Part shown: piece by piece, positions 9,239 through 18,011 of the stretch
Layout: every line of letters starts with the position of its first letter
How positions within the stretch are numbered: the stretch's first letter is position 1
Source: Candidatus Hadarchaeales archaeon
GTDB lineage: Archaea; Hadarchaeota; Hadarchaeia; Hadarchaeales; Hadarchaeaceae
Direction: 5' to 3'
NCBI GenBank assembly: GCA_038872135.1
Contig: JAVZGN010000004.1
Span: 1 to 28,514 of the forward strand
DNA length: 28,514 bases
Made by a program: the position numbers and the translations under genes
Notes under the pieces: model-generated
The model's database searches: none
Seen by the model: only the letters and a program-made list of their open reading frames with translations
Told to the model about the DNA's origin: nothing

Positions 9239-10314
9239 CTCCTGCACCACTTCACAACATCTTCAAAGAGCTTGGAGCCATCCCCCGCTACAATTTTGAA
9301 CTCATTCCCCTTCTTTCTGTATCTTTCCGCCACGATATCTGGGTCGGCTTCTTCAGGGGAGAAATCTTCAATTTCATCCAGGCCTACAGGGACAGAAATC
9401 CTTCCAGTTTTGTAGTGCATGGAGTAGGGGGCCCTGACATCCCCCATGGGTTTTATGATGGAAGCATCGAGAAGCACTTTATCTTTCCTCGCTTCTTTCT
9501 TTGCAGTTTCTGCAGTTGTCAATCCAGGTAGCTCTTTTGAAACTTTGCTTTCCACAAATCTCACAATATCAGCATAAAATGTGAAGAAGTTTCTTTCTCT
9601 TTTTTCGGTTTTCAGCTTTTTTGGCTGGTAATCTTTGGGCAGTTCGTGGGTCTTGAATTGCGCCCATAGCTGGAAGCCTCTGGAGCCGCTGAATTTCATC
9701 GCTGGCTTTATCCCATAGTCCTGAAGGATCTCCGAGGCAGCTTTAACAACTTTTTTAGTTTCGGAGAATCCAACCTCGCTCCCTGCATCAAAATCTATGA
9801 CCAGCCAATCGGGCCTGTCGCTCCCTATCCTGTGGATGTAGGGAATGAAATCTATGCCGTGGACATCCAGCCAGTACTGGACATCCCTCTCGCTTTTAAT
9901 GGTGATCCATCTTGGCCCGAGCTTTCTCTGCAGCCACCCTCTTCCCGTGAATAGCCTGAAAACTGAGACATATCTGTCCCTGCAGAACTCGAGGATGGTG
10001 TCCATCACCTTTGGATAGTAGACCTTTGCCCGGTAGACTTTGAGGTAATCCTGGTTTAGCTCTTTCGAAATCTCCCTCCACCTTTTTTCAAAATACTCAC
10101 GTCCGGCATCGGTGATGGCATAGGTTCCCTCCTTCTCTTCAAGCCAGCCTTTTTCGGTCAGCGAAGCAAGAAGCTTCTTTGCGTCTTCCTCTGTGAGGTT
10201 CCATCCAGCATCCCTACTCACCTTTTCCCTTATGTGCTCCAGCTCCACGAATTTCCCCTTTCTTTTTATCGCAAGGGACATGAGGGTATGGTCTTCAACA
10301 GTTGCCTTCGGCAT
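9235..10314 (-). CDS. Stand-alone LigD-type primase-polymerase (AEP superfamily) with N-terminal winged-helix-like domain
   Basis: DRPDWLVIDFDAG (DxD), KFSGSRGFQLW, KVLLD and VRAPYSMH...SVP motifs of the LigD Pol domain; N-terminal LTEKGWLE...YAITDAGREY wHTH-like segment. Confidence 0.85.
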   Translation of the reverse strand: MPKATVEDHTLMSLAIKRKGKFVELEHIREKVSRDAGWNLTEEDAKKLLASLTEKGWLEEKEGTYAITDAGREYFEKRWREISKELNQDYLKVYRAKVYYPKVMDTILEFCRDRYVSVFRLFTGRGWLQRKLGPRWITIKSERDVQYWLDVHGIDFIPYIHRIGSDRPDWLVIDFDAGSEVGFSETKKVVKAASEILQDYGIKPAMKFSGSRGFQLWAQFKTHELPKDYQPKKLKTEKRERNFFTFYADIVRFVESKVSKELPGLTTAETAKKEARKDKVLLDASIIKPMGDVRAPYSMHYKTGRISVPVGLDEIEDFSPEEADPDIVAERYRKKGNEFKIVAGDGSKLFEDVVKWCRS

Positions 10315-10581
10315 CTCATCACCAATGGGCAGTCATCGAGTGAATCATTTTTCTAGTAGCTCTCCAGCGGAGTTGGATCATTAAATCTTGAGCGATGTTG
10401 AGGATCCCTTCGGGCCTCATCCTTTTTACTTTCTTTTCATTTGTTTAAGAGTTTTGGAGATTTGGCCTAAGAATCTTCCCAAATTGCGCATCGGTTTACA
10501 ACTTTCGAGATTTTCTTTTGGAATTCACGCATATCCATTCATGTAGTTTGTGGGCAACGCTACAGGGCTTGGATCGAGAAA

Positions 10582-10755
10582 TTACTCTGGGGAAAGCTGT
10601 CCCAGTTTATCGCCGATGAGCCCTTCCGCGCACTTCCAGCACACAAACACAGCTTTTGGCTCTCCTGGCCTAACAATCTTTAGATAGCCGGTATCGTAGC
10701 TCATGATTTGAATTCCCTTTCCACAGAGCCTGCATTTTGGTCCTTTCTGAGGCAT
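10582..10755 (-). CDS. 57-aa Zn-finger microprotein (absent from the ORF track)
   Basis: Hand translation MPQKGPKCRLCGKGIQIMSYDTGYLKIVRPGEPKAVFVCWKCAEGLIGDKLGQLSPE*; two CxxC pairs; GGGGGTGA RBS just upstream. Confidence 0.65.
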   Translation of the reverse strand: MPQKGPKCRLCGKGIQIMSYDTGYLKIVRPGEPKAVFVCWKCAEGLIGDKLGQLSPE

Positions 10756-10820
10756 TTTTCACCCCCTCAACCTCATTTAGCCAAGATTAATAACTTCTGG
10801 TTCAGAGTCGCCATGAGAAA

Positions 10821-11486
10821 ATGCTGCCGATTTTGCTCCCGCCAAAGCTGGATGTGAAAAAGCTGGCGGAGATACAGGGGAAGATTTCCAAACTGGTGGT
10901 TATCAGGGATGGATTTGAGAGGATAAAGAGGGTGGCTGGCTGCGATATTTCATTCGCAAAAAGTGATAGAGCGTGGGGGGCATGTGTTGTGATGGATTAT
11001 GAAACGCTGGAAGTTCTAGATAAAAATCTCGTGAGAGTAAAGCTGAAGTTCCCATACATCCCGACTTTTCTGGCCTTCAGGGAGTTGGAGGGAATGCTCA
11101 AGGCGGTGGATGGGCTGGAGGCAGACGTCTACATGGTTGGGGCCCACGGTCTCGCCCACCCAAGAAGAGCGGGCCTTGCATGCCATCTCGGCGTAGCTTT
11201 GGACAAGCCGACATTTGGCGTTGCAAAATCTCTATTGGTCGGGGAGGCGGAGGAGCCGGCCGACGTTAGAGGCAGCCACACTCCACTGAGAGATGGGGAG
11301 GAGATAATAGGGGCTGCGGTGAGGACGAACGTTGGTTCAAAGCCCGTTTATGTTAGCGTCGGTCACAAGATCACCTTGGAGTCGGCAATAGCTATAACCC
11401 TCCACACGACAAGAGGGCATAGACTTCCCGAGCCCCTTCTTGCAGCTCATCGGCTAGCCACCGCTGAGATGAAGAGGGAGGGATGA
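10821..11486 (+). CDS. nfi: Endonuclease V family protein
   Basis: VAGCDISF, FPYIPTFLAFRE, HGLAHPRRAGLACHLG, GVAKS, PVYVSVGH, RLPEP. Confidence 0.92.
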   Translation: MLPILLPPKLDVKKLAEIQGKISKLVVIRDGFERIKRVAGCDISFAKSDRAWGACVVMDYETLEVLDKNLVRVKLKFPYIPTFLAFRELEGMLKAVDGLEADVYMVGAHGLAHPRRAGLACHLGVALDKPTFGVAKSLLVGEAEEPADVRGSHTPLRDGEEIIGAAVRTNVGSKPVYVSVGHKITLESAIAITLHTTRGHRLPEPLLAAHRLATAEMKREG

Positions 11487-11487
11487 G

Positions 11488-12333
11488 ATGAAAATTGGCC
11501 TATCAACTCTCCTTTTTGTCAGGAGCACCGTGGAAGATTCGATCAGACACATAGCTGAGCTTGGGGCGGAGTGTATTGAGCTGATATTTGACGTCCCACA
11601 CTTTTTCCCAGGGGACAACTCTGCTAGGTTGGATGTCATCCGCGAGATCTTGAGCTCATATGATCTCCCAGTGACTGTCCACGCAGTTTTCTGGGATCTC
11701 AATCCAGCCAGCCATTACCAGGAGATTTGTGATCTCGCCCTCCACCAGACTATGAAGAGCATAGAGGCCTGTGCTAGGCTTGGCGGGAGCCTCGTGACGC
11801 TCCACCCAGGGAAGGCTGCGGTTTCAGAGCCAGGGATGGAGTGGTTCACCCAAGCGGCTGAGAGAAGATGCCTCCAGTATTTTTCCGCATGCGTTGCTTT
11901 CGCGGAGGATGTAGGAGTGAGAGTGGCAGCTGAGAACATAGGCCTCCCCTTCTATGTTTGTTCAAGCCTTGAGGAGCTTGGAGAGATCGCCGATGAAATA
12001 GATGGCCTGGGGATCACCTTAGATATCGGTCACGCCTACAGGAGGGAGAAGAGCAACGGGGTTGACAAACCTGAGGAAAAGATTGCTGGCTTGGTAAAAA
12101 ATCTTGGGAAGAGGATAGTTCATGTTCATCTCCACGACAATCACGGTGAGAGGGATGAGCATCTGGTTCCTGGGGATGGGGAGATCAACTTCACTCCAAT
12201 AGTTTCTGCCCTTCAGCAGGGGGGCTATCGTGGAGCAGTTGTCGTTGAGCTCTTTGATTCGGGAGATCCAATAGCTATAGGGAAGAGGGGATTGGAAAAG
12301 GCCAGGGAGATGTTTGGAAAAGGAGTCATTTGA
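11488..12333 (+). CDS. Sugar phosphate isomerase/epimerase (xylose isomerase-like / AP endonuclease 2 TIM barrel)
   Basis: TVHA, TLHPG, AAEN, TLDIGHA, HVHLHDNHGERDEHLVPGDGEINF and VVE metal-binding motifs. Confidence 0.85.
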   Translation: MKIGLSTLLFVRSTVEDSIRHIAELGAECIELIFDVPHFFPGDNSARLDVIREILSSYDLPVTVHAVFWDLNPASHYQEICDLALHQTMKSIEACARLGGSLVTLHPGKAAVSEPGMEWFTQAAERRCLQYFSACVAFAEDVGVRVAAENIGLPFYVCSSLEELGEIADEIDGLGITLDIGHAYRREKSNGVDKPEEKIAGLVKNLGKRIVHVHLHDNHGERDEHLVPGDGEINFTPIVSALQQGGYRGAVVVELFDSGDPIAIGKRGLEKAREMFGKGVI

Positions 12334-13903
12334 ATTTTGCCAAAACTGTTGTGAAGACCGGCCCCCTGAGATCTATCTTCTTCCTCTTCCCCGTGATGTA
12401 TCTGGCCGCAACTTCATCAATTTCGATGTTGATGTCACTGGGTTGCTTGACATTTCTGACCCTCACAGTTATCTCCTCCTTTCCCTCTTCAGCAGCCTTC
12501 TCCACCCTGGCTGCAGCCAGCGCCGCAAATGCATCCATGAATGTGATTCCAGTTGAGATTCCCCCATTTCTCACAGCCTGTATGAATTCATCGCTTTCCC
12601 ATCCCTTCGGGGGCACTCCGATGATGTTTCCATCATAAACCATTATTTCATTGAATCCAGCCGGCCCGATGAGTTTTGTTTTCGGTTCAGGTTCAATGAG
12701 ACGCACCACTACCTCTCTCTCCCCAATCTTCCCCTCAAAAACTAGGAATTCACAGGGGCTTGGCGAGTCGGCATGCTGTTTCGCAACTTCAACTATTCTC
12801 CTGGCGATCTCTTCCCCCACAGGGGTTCTCGGTTTCTCCATTATCCCGATCATTTTTGCTATCCTGGTGTCAGAGAGTTCAAGAGGCGCATAGCGATGAG
12901 GGTATGCGAGCATCCTCACGTCTTCCACCCCGCTTTCAACCATGGCTAGCCTTTCAATCCCGATCCCAAGGTTGAAAACCGGGAACTGGATGTCGTAATT
13001 TGCGAGGGCAAGAGGGCTGTACATCCCCCCATCCCCCACCTCAACCGGAGTCCCATCTTTTGGGTGCTTGATGAAGACCTCGAATTCAGTTCCCGGGGCA
13101 TAGTACCTGGAGGTGATTTTTTTCTCAGCAATCTCTGCTTCGTGGCCTAGGGACGAAAAAATTTTTCGCGTTATCTCCTTTCCGTCCTCGAGGGTGATTT
13201 CTTCTGCCATCACCACCACAGAGGCCGTCCAGGATTCATAGAGATGGGTTTCATCCAGCCGCTGCTCCCTCCTGAATTTCTGCCCGATGGAGAAAAGCTG
13301 GAGAGGGAGGGGCTCGCGGCGCTTAAGCTCCCTGAGGACATCGAACCATCCAGCAGTTGTGTGGGATCTAAGCGTCAGGTCGGTTGGTATCGGTTTTAAA
13401 TCTCGCAGCTCCCTGAAGAGAGAGAGAATTTTTCCAGCGATTTCTTCACTGACCTCGAGCCCCTTGGCTATTTCCTCCGTGAGGTCATCTGCGGCCAGCT
13501 TTCCTTCCTTGTATGCCCTGAAAATTTTCTGCAACTTTTTAACGTCCTTGAACCCCGGGAGGATTTTCTTTATCTCAGCGATTTTCTTTTTCCCGATTCC
13601 AATGTCGGGTCGCTCAAGCCCTGCGAGGAAAAAAACTCTGTCGAGAATAACTGGTGCCTCACTCCCATACTGCGAGTAAACCTCGTTTTTGTGGATGATA
13701 ACCGGGACATTTGTTTCGACAAAACCGAGATCCAGCAGGACTTTTCTGATTCTGAGGATGAGTTCCCAGAGAAGATTTGGCCTCCCTTTTCCACCAATCT
13801 CAAACGCTCTTCCCTCCCTCTTCACCAGCTTTCCACCTTCAATCCAAGCGCTGTCAAAATCTTTCCTCGCCATTTCTCTGAGTTTTTTCACATCGAAGCT
13901 CAT
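12326..13903 (-). CDS. sepS: O-phosphoseryl-tRNA(Cys) synthetase
   Basis: KDFDSAW N-terminus, QYGSEAPVILDRVFFLAGLERPDIGI, TLRSHTTAGWF, FRREQRLDETHL, GMYSPLALANYDI..PVFNLGIGIERLAM, C-terminal KKIDLRGPVF. Confidence 0.93.
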   Translation of the reverse strand: MSFDVKKLREMARKDFDSAWIEGGKLVKREGRAFEIGGKGRPNLLWELILRIRKVLLDLGFVETNVPVIIHKNEVYSQYGSEAPVILDRVFFLAGLERPDIGIGKKKIAEIKKILPGFKDVKKLQKIFRAYKEGKLAADDLTEEIAKGLEVSEEIAGKILSLFRELRDLKPIPTDLTLRSHTTAGWFDVLRELKRREPLPLQLFSIGQKFRREQRLDETHLYESWTASVVVMAEEITLEDGKEITRKIFSSLGHEAEIAEKKITSRYYAPGTEFEVFIKHPKDGTPVEVGDGGMYSPLALANYDIQFPVFNLGIGIERLAMVESGVEDVRMLAYPHRYAPLELSDTRIAKMIGIMEKPRTPVGEEIARRIVEVAKQHADSPSPCEFLVFEGKIGEREVVVRLIEPEPKTKLIGPAGFNEIMVYDGNIIGVPPKGWESDEFIQAVRNGGISTGITFMDAFAALAAARVEKAAEEGKEEITVRVRNVKQPSDINIEIDEVAARYITGKRKKIDLRGPVFTTVLAKFK

Positions 13904-14505
13904 TTTCTCTCCCCCAAGATTTTTTCAAGCCTCTCCTGCCTGATGGCCACTGTGACATCTCCCCTGCTTTTTTCTAAAATTTGCCTGACGAAATCCTGCC
14001 TTTTCTTCATTCCAGGTATTACGGAGTCAGCGTAGTCAAATTCCATCATTATCTCGGCGATTTTCTCCATTGTCTCCAGCATTTTTTTCGCCACATCCAC
14101 TTGATTTCTCCTCAGCGAGTCGAGGATCACCCGCCTCAGCTCCCCGGCGACATCGGCCAGAGCTGCCAGATATGGGCCGTAGGCCACACCAATCTCTTCG
14201 GGCGGAAGAAGCTTCCCGCCGTCCAGGATTCCTGCGAGGAGGGCAGCCTCCGCAACTTCCTGCCTGGCCGAGAAGACAGATCCTGACGAAGAGATCTCTG
14301 GTTCTTTTTCAACGAGTTTCTCCAGATTTTTCAGATTTTTCTTGGCCAGTGAAAAAAATCTTTTGAAAGAATCTTTTTCCCCCCGGTGGAGGGCGGCGAT
14401 GGCTCTGGAAGAGTTCCTCACAACTTTCGCTGAGAGGAGGTGGAGCTTCTCCTTTACCTTCACCTGGCGGTCAAAATATTTCCGCATATCTTCGATAAAG
14501 CGCAA
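13900..14505 (-). CDS. Translin/TRAX (C3PO-like) family protein
   Basis: SSRAIAALHRG, RQEVAEA, YLAALADVAGELRR, GMKKRQD motifs; start uncertain (TTG 14505 or a slightly downstream ATG). Confidence 0.85.
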   Translation of the reverse strand: MRFIEDMRKYFDRQVKVKEKLHLLSAKVVRNSSRAIAALHRGEKDSFKRFFSLAKKNLKNLEKLVEKEPEISSSGSVFSARQEVAEAALLAGILDGGKLLPPEEIGVAYGPYLAALADVAGELRRVILDSLRRNQVDVAKKMLETMEKIAEIMMEFDYADSVIPGMKKRQDFVRQILEKSRGDVTVAIRQERLEKILGERK

Positions 14506-14518
14506 GCTGCCACTTCCA

Positions 14519-14998
14519 TCAGTCTACGGTTTTGTATCTCTCCTCAGCCTTTGGCTGCGGCACGAGGTATATCTCGGGCACTCTCGGGAGAAGGTATGGT
14601 GCAAGGACCTTTGAGGCCCGCCCGATGTCGCTGGATGTTACTATCCCGACTATCTCAGAGCCCTTGACAACAGGAATTCTTCTTATTGAGTGTTTGTCCA
14701 TCATTTCAATTGCCTCAAGCATTGGAGTGTCTGGGCTGACCGTTAAGAGAGGCCTAGACATTATCGTCCCAATCTTTTCCTTCTCGAGGTCGAGGCCTCC
14801 CACAACCCCTCTGAGCAGAATATCTCTGTCTGTCACTATTCCTACAGGTTTTCCTTTCTCCACAACGACTAGGCTCCCGACGCCTTTCTCAGCTAGAAGT
14901 TTTGCCGCCTCCAGAATCGTGTGGGATGCTTCAATGGTAACTACCTTCTTTGTCATGAAATCCTCAACTCTGACTACCATACCATCCTCCATTTTCAT
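14519..14998 (-). CDS. CBS-pair domain protein
   Basis: VEDFMTKKVVTI...GSLVVV...VGIVTDRDI and IMSRPLLTV...IRRIPVV...VGIVTSSDI. Confidence 0.92.
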   Translation of the reverse strand: MKMEDGMVVRVEDFMTKKVVTIEASHTILEAAKLLAEKGVGSLVVVEKGKPVGIVTDRDILLRGVVGGLDLEKEKIGTIMSRPLLTVSPDTPMLEAIEMMDKHSIRRIPVVKGSEIVGIVTSSDIGRASKVLAPYLLPRVPEIYLVPQPKAEERYKTVD

Positions 14999-15071
14999 CT
15001 ACCATGCTCTCCTTAAAACTCTGGCGGAGGATTTGGGCTTTCGGGGCGGGGAAGTTTTTGCTTTATAATAA

Positions 15072-15305
15072 TTGTCACGCAAAACTTCTGCGGGAGAAGT
15101 TGTATTAATAGTTTATGATGTGCGGAGGGCGGATGACCGGGTGAGGCTGAAGGTCAACAGGGAGCTGCATAGAGCGAGAGCAGTGATGTTGCAGCATTCT
15201 GTTTGGGAGTCTGGGGAGTTGAAAAAACTGCGGGGGCTGGCTGCGCTGATAAAATCTTCCGGTGGCCGGGCTATCGTTCTCAAGAAGATTGTTGTTTACA
15301 GGTGA
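15072..15305 (+). CDS. Orphan Cas2/VapD/PaaX-C-like ferredoxin-fold protein
   Basis: VLIVYDV...RVRLKVNRELHR...MLQHSVWE fits the Cas2-superfamily pattern hhhYDh...R.kv.k.L....hQ.SVw/fe, including the catalytic-position Asp; TTG start; no other cas gene in the window. Confidence 0.7.
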   Translation: MSRKTSAGEVVLIVYDVRRADDRVRLKVNRELHRARAVMLQHSVWESGELKKLRGLAALIKSSGGRAIVLKKIVVYR

Positions 15306-15478
15306 TACACGTGTTTCACCAAATCTTCCGATGATACACGTGTGTCACAGATTTTTGGTCAAATGATACACGTGCGTCATGGTGGCGAATTCATCGGTTG
15401 TGTGATACACGTGTTTCACCAAATCTTCCGATGATACACGTGTGTCACAGACTTTGGTCAAATGATACACGTGTGTCA
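15303..15478. repeat. Array 1: six 16-bp near-palindromes TGATACACGTGT(G/T)TCA
   Basis: Copies start at 15303, 15332, 15364, 15403, 15432, 15463; spacers 13, 16, 23, 13, 15 bp; copies 4-6 duplicate copies 1-3 at a 100-bp offset. Confidence 0.95.
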
Positions 15479-15563
15479 CCCTGTTTAAACAGCACCAATT
15501 TCTGATTTTCATTGAGGGACATGCAAGGTCTGATGCCTGCTATTCATAGCCGGGGAAAAGCTG

Positions 15564-16907
15564 CTACTTTAGCCTGCCAAGCTTTGCCCATGGCCCAGCC
15601 TTCGGCATCCTGCCCTTTGCAAACATCTTCACCAGCTTCTGCATCATCTCATACTGCCTCAGCAGCTCCCTCACATCCGCCTCGCTTGTCCCGGAGCCTT
15701 TAGCAATCCTCCTTATCCTGGAAGCGTTGATGATCTTCGGGTTATCAAGCTCCTCCTTCGTCATCGACTGCATTATCACCTTGAAGCGCTTCAGCTTCTC
15801 CTCCCCAATCTTCAGCTGATTCTCCGGGATTGAAACACCAACCCCGGGAATCATCTGCATGATCTTCTTCAGGGGGCCCATCTTCCCGACGGCCTCCAGC
15901 TGCTGATAGACATCCCTCAGAGTAATTTTCCCGGCGATGAGCTCCTTCCTCTCCGGGACCTTTATCTTCTCTTCCTCCACAACCTCCTGGATTTTCTCAA
16001 GGAGAGTTTCCAGGTCCCCCATCCCGAGGAGCCTAGCTAGGAACTTCGGGGGGTCATAGAGCTCAAGGTCATCTATGTGCTCCCCCACCCCTATGAATTT
16101 TATCGGCGCACCGGTTGCGGCAACGGCTGAAAGGGCCCCCCCACCTTTCGCCGTCCCATCAAGTTTTGTCACAAAAATCGACCCTATCTTTGTAGCCTCC
16201 TGAAAAGCCGCAGCCTGCTCCCTCGCCTGCTGCCCGATGGTGGCATCTATCACGAGCATCACCTCATCTGGTTTTATGGCGTCTGCTATCTGGCGCATCT
16301 CTTCCATCAGATCTCTCTCCCTCCTGTGCCTCCCCGAGGTGTCCACGATGATCAGGTCAACATTTTTTCTCCTGAAGTGCGCTACCCCCTCAGCAGCAAT
16401 TTTCACCGAATCACCTTCACCAGGCTTCCCAAAGACCTCCACCCCAACCTGCTCTCCCAGCTGGGCCAGCTGCTCGAAGGCTCCAGGCCTGAAGGTATCT
16501 GCGCAGACAACCCCAACCTTATATCCCTTTTTCTTGAAGTGGAAGGCGAGCTTGGCTACGGAGGTTGTCTTCCCGCTCCCCTGCAGCCCCACCATCAGCA
16601 GGACCTTTGGCCTTCCAGCGGGGATTGAGAACTCGGCAGGTTTCCCAAGAAAATCTGAGAGCTCCTCATAGACTATCTTGACCAAATGGGCCCTCCTGTC
16701 CAGCTCCGGTGGAATCTTTTCCTCAAGGGCCCTTTTTTCTATCTTCTTGGTCAGGTTCAGAACAAGCTCCACATTCACATCCCCCTGGAGCAGAGCCCTC
16801 TGGACGTCCCTCACCAGCTCCTTCACAGCCCTCTCGTCAACGGTTGGAGATCTCGCAAGCTTTCGCAGGGCCCCGCCTATCGCCCTTCCGAGGGCCTCCA
16901 GCACCAT
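15564..16907 (-). CDS. srp54: Signal recognition particle protein SRP54
   Basis: [38 protein letters not shown]-domain [11 protein letters not shown]. Confidence 0.97.
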   Translation of the reverse strand: MVLEALGRAIGGALRKLARSPTVDERAVKELVRDVQRALLQGDVNVELVLNLTKKIEKRALEEKIPPELDRRAHLVKIVYEELSDFLGKPAEFSIPAGRPKVLLMVGLQGSGKTTSVAKLAFHFKKKGYKVGVVCADTFRPGAFEQLAQLGEQVGVEVFGKPGEGDSVKIAAEGVAHFRRKNVDLIIVDTSGRHRRERDLMEEMRQIADAIKPDEVMLVIDATIGQQAREQAAAFQEATKIGSIFVTKLDGTAKGGGALSAVAATGAPIKFIGVGEHIDDLELYDPPKFLARLLGMGDLETLLEKIQEVVEEEKIKVPERKELIAGKITLRDVYQQLEAVGKMGPLKKIMQMIPGVGVSIPENQLKIGEEKLKRFKVIMQSMTKEELDNPKIINASRIRRIAKGSGTSEADVRELLRQYEMMQKLVKMFAKGRMPKAGPWAKLGRLK

Positions 16908-16998
16908 TCTCTCAGGTAACTGTCGCCCCTCTCGCTTTTAGCACTTTCATTTTTTGAAAAGGTTATTAATTGTGGGTGAGAAGAGAATACAGAAGACA

Positions 16999-18009
16999 AT
17001 GAAGGTTCTCATCCTGGCAGGAGGTTTTGCAAAAAGGCTCGGGCCAATAGGGGAACAGCTTCCAAAACCCCTCCTTGTGACGGAGGGCGACACCCTCCTT
17101 GGCCACATCCTCAAAAAGGTCAGGGGAATGGAGGTTTACATTTCGACAAACAAGAAGTTTGCCCCATTTTTCTCCCCCTTCGGCCAGCTGATAGTTGAAG
17201 AAGCCGAAAGGGAGGAGGAGAAGCTTGGGGCGGTTTCAGCGATCAACAACGCCATCAAGGTTGCGGGGATAGACGATGACCTCCTCGTGATCTGTGCCGA
17301 CAACTATTTCTCCTCGGATCTCAGCGGCTTCATCTCAAATTTCACCGGGGAACCTCTCATCGGCTTTTACTATGCTGGAGCGAGCCCAGACATGAAGCCG
17401 GAGGAGATGGCAACAGTGAAATTTGATGGCTGCGAGGGATATCCTCCCCCCAGCGATGTTTTCTACATCAGAGACTTCAAGGAAAAGATTAAGCCACCGC
17501 TCAGCTGCTACGTGAGCACAGGGATCTACATCCTCCCCAAGAGGATTTTCCCGCTTCTCGAGGAGTTCTGCAGGGAGAAGAGAAGGGATGCCCCAGGATA
17601 TTTCATCCAGTACCTCCTTGAGAAAGGGGAGAGGCTCAAAGGCTACATCCTCAAGGGGGAATGGTACGACATTTCCCACAAGAGCTTTTACAACATCTTC
17701 GGGGACGGCCGTCTCGTCAAGAGCGATGAGAGGTATGTGGTTGTGGACAAGCAGCTCAGCGATAATTTTGTGGTTTCCATCACCATCCTCCACGCAGGGA
17801 AGCGCACAACCGGGCACTCCCACCCAGTCGCCGAGACATACTTTTTCATAGAGGGGGAGGGGGAGATAGAGCTGGATGGAGTGAGGAGGAGGGTTAGGAG
17901 CAAGGATGTTGTGCCGATAAAGCCAAACCAGTTCCACAGGGTCTACAACACCTCAAATGTTGATCTTGTGTTCGTCAGCGCCTTTGAGAGGTATGGGGAG
18001 AGAGGATAG
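16999..18009 (+). CDS. Sugar-phosphate nucleotidyltransferase fused to a C-terminal cupin
   Basis: MKVLILAGGFAKRL...PKPLL, ADN, FKEK, WYDI; cupin GHSHPVAETYFFIEGEG...PNQFHRVYN. Start moved to ATG 16999. Confidence 0.88.
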   Translation: MKVLILAGGFAKRLGPIGEQLPKPLLVTEGDTLLGHILKKVRGMEVYISTNKKFAPFFSPFGQLIVEEAEREEEKLGAVSAINNAIKVAGIDDDLLVICADNYFSSDLSGFISNFTGEPLIGFYYAGASPDMKPEEMATVKFDGCEGYPPPSDVFYIRDFKEKIKPPLSCYVSTGIYILPKRIFPLLEEFCREKRRDAPGYFIQYLLEKGERLKGYILKGEWYDISHKSFYNIFGDGRLVKSDERYVVVDKQLSDNFVVSITILHAGKRTTGHSHPVAETYFFIEGEGEIELDGVRRRVRSKDVVPIKPNQFHRVYNTSNVDLVFVSAFERYGERG

Positions 18010-18011
18010 CC

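Noticed and set aside
10395-10425. Fluoride riboswitch or hammerhead-like motif (minus strand GATGAGGCCCGAAGGG)
   Set aside because: It lacks the required pairing partners and conserved downstream core; only a small hairpin is supported.
10467-10538. MazG-like N-terminal fragment MDMREFQKKISKVVNR on the minus strand
   Set aside because: Only 23 codons with no catalytic motif; too weak to call a pseudogene.
12326-13903. Phenylalanyl-tRNA synthetase alpha subunit
   Set aside because: The N-terminus, insertion and C-terminal RGPVF domain are SepRS-specific.
15303-15478. Calling array 1 a CRISPR array because of the Cas2-like neighbour
   Set aside because: Repeats are only 16 bp, spacers are 13-23 bp and duplicated, and there is no cas1, leader or GAAA(C/G)-type repeat end.
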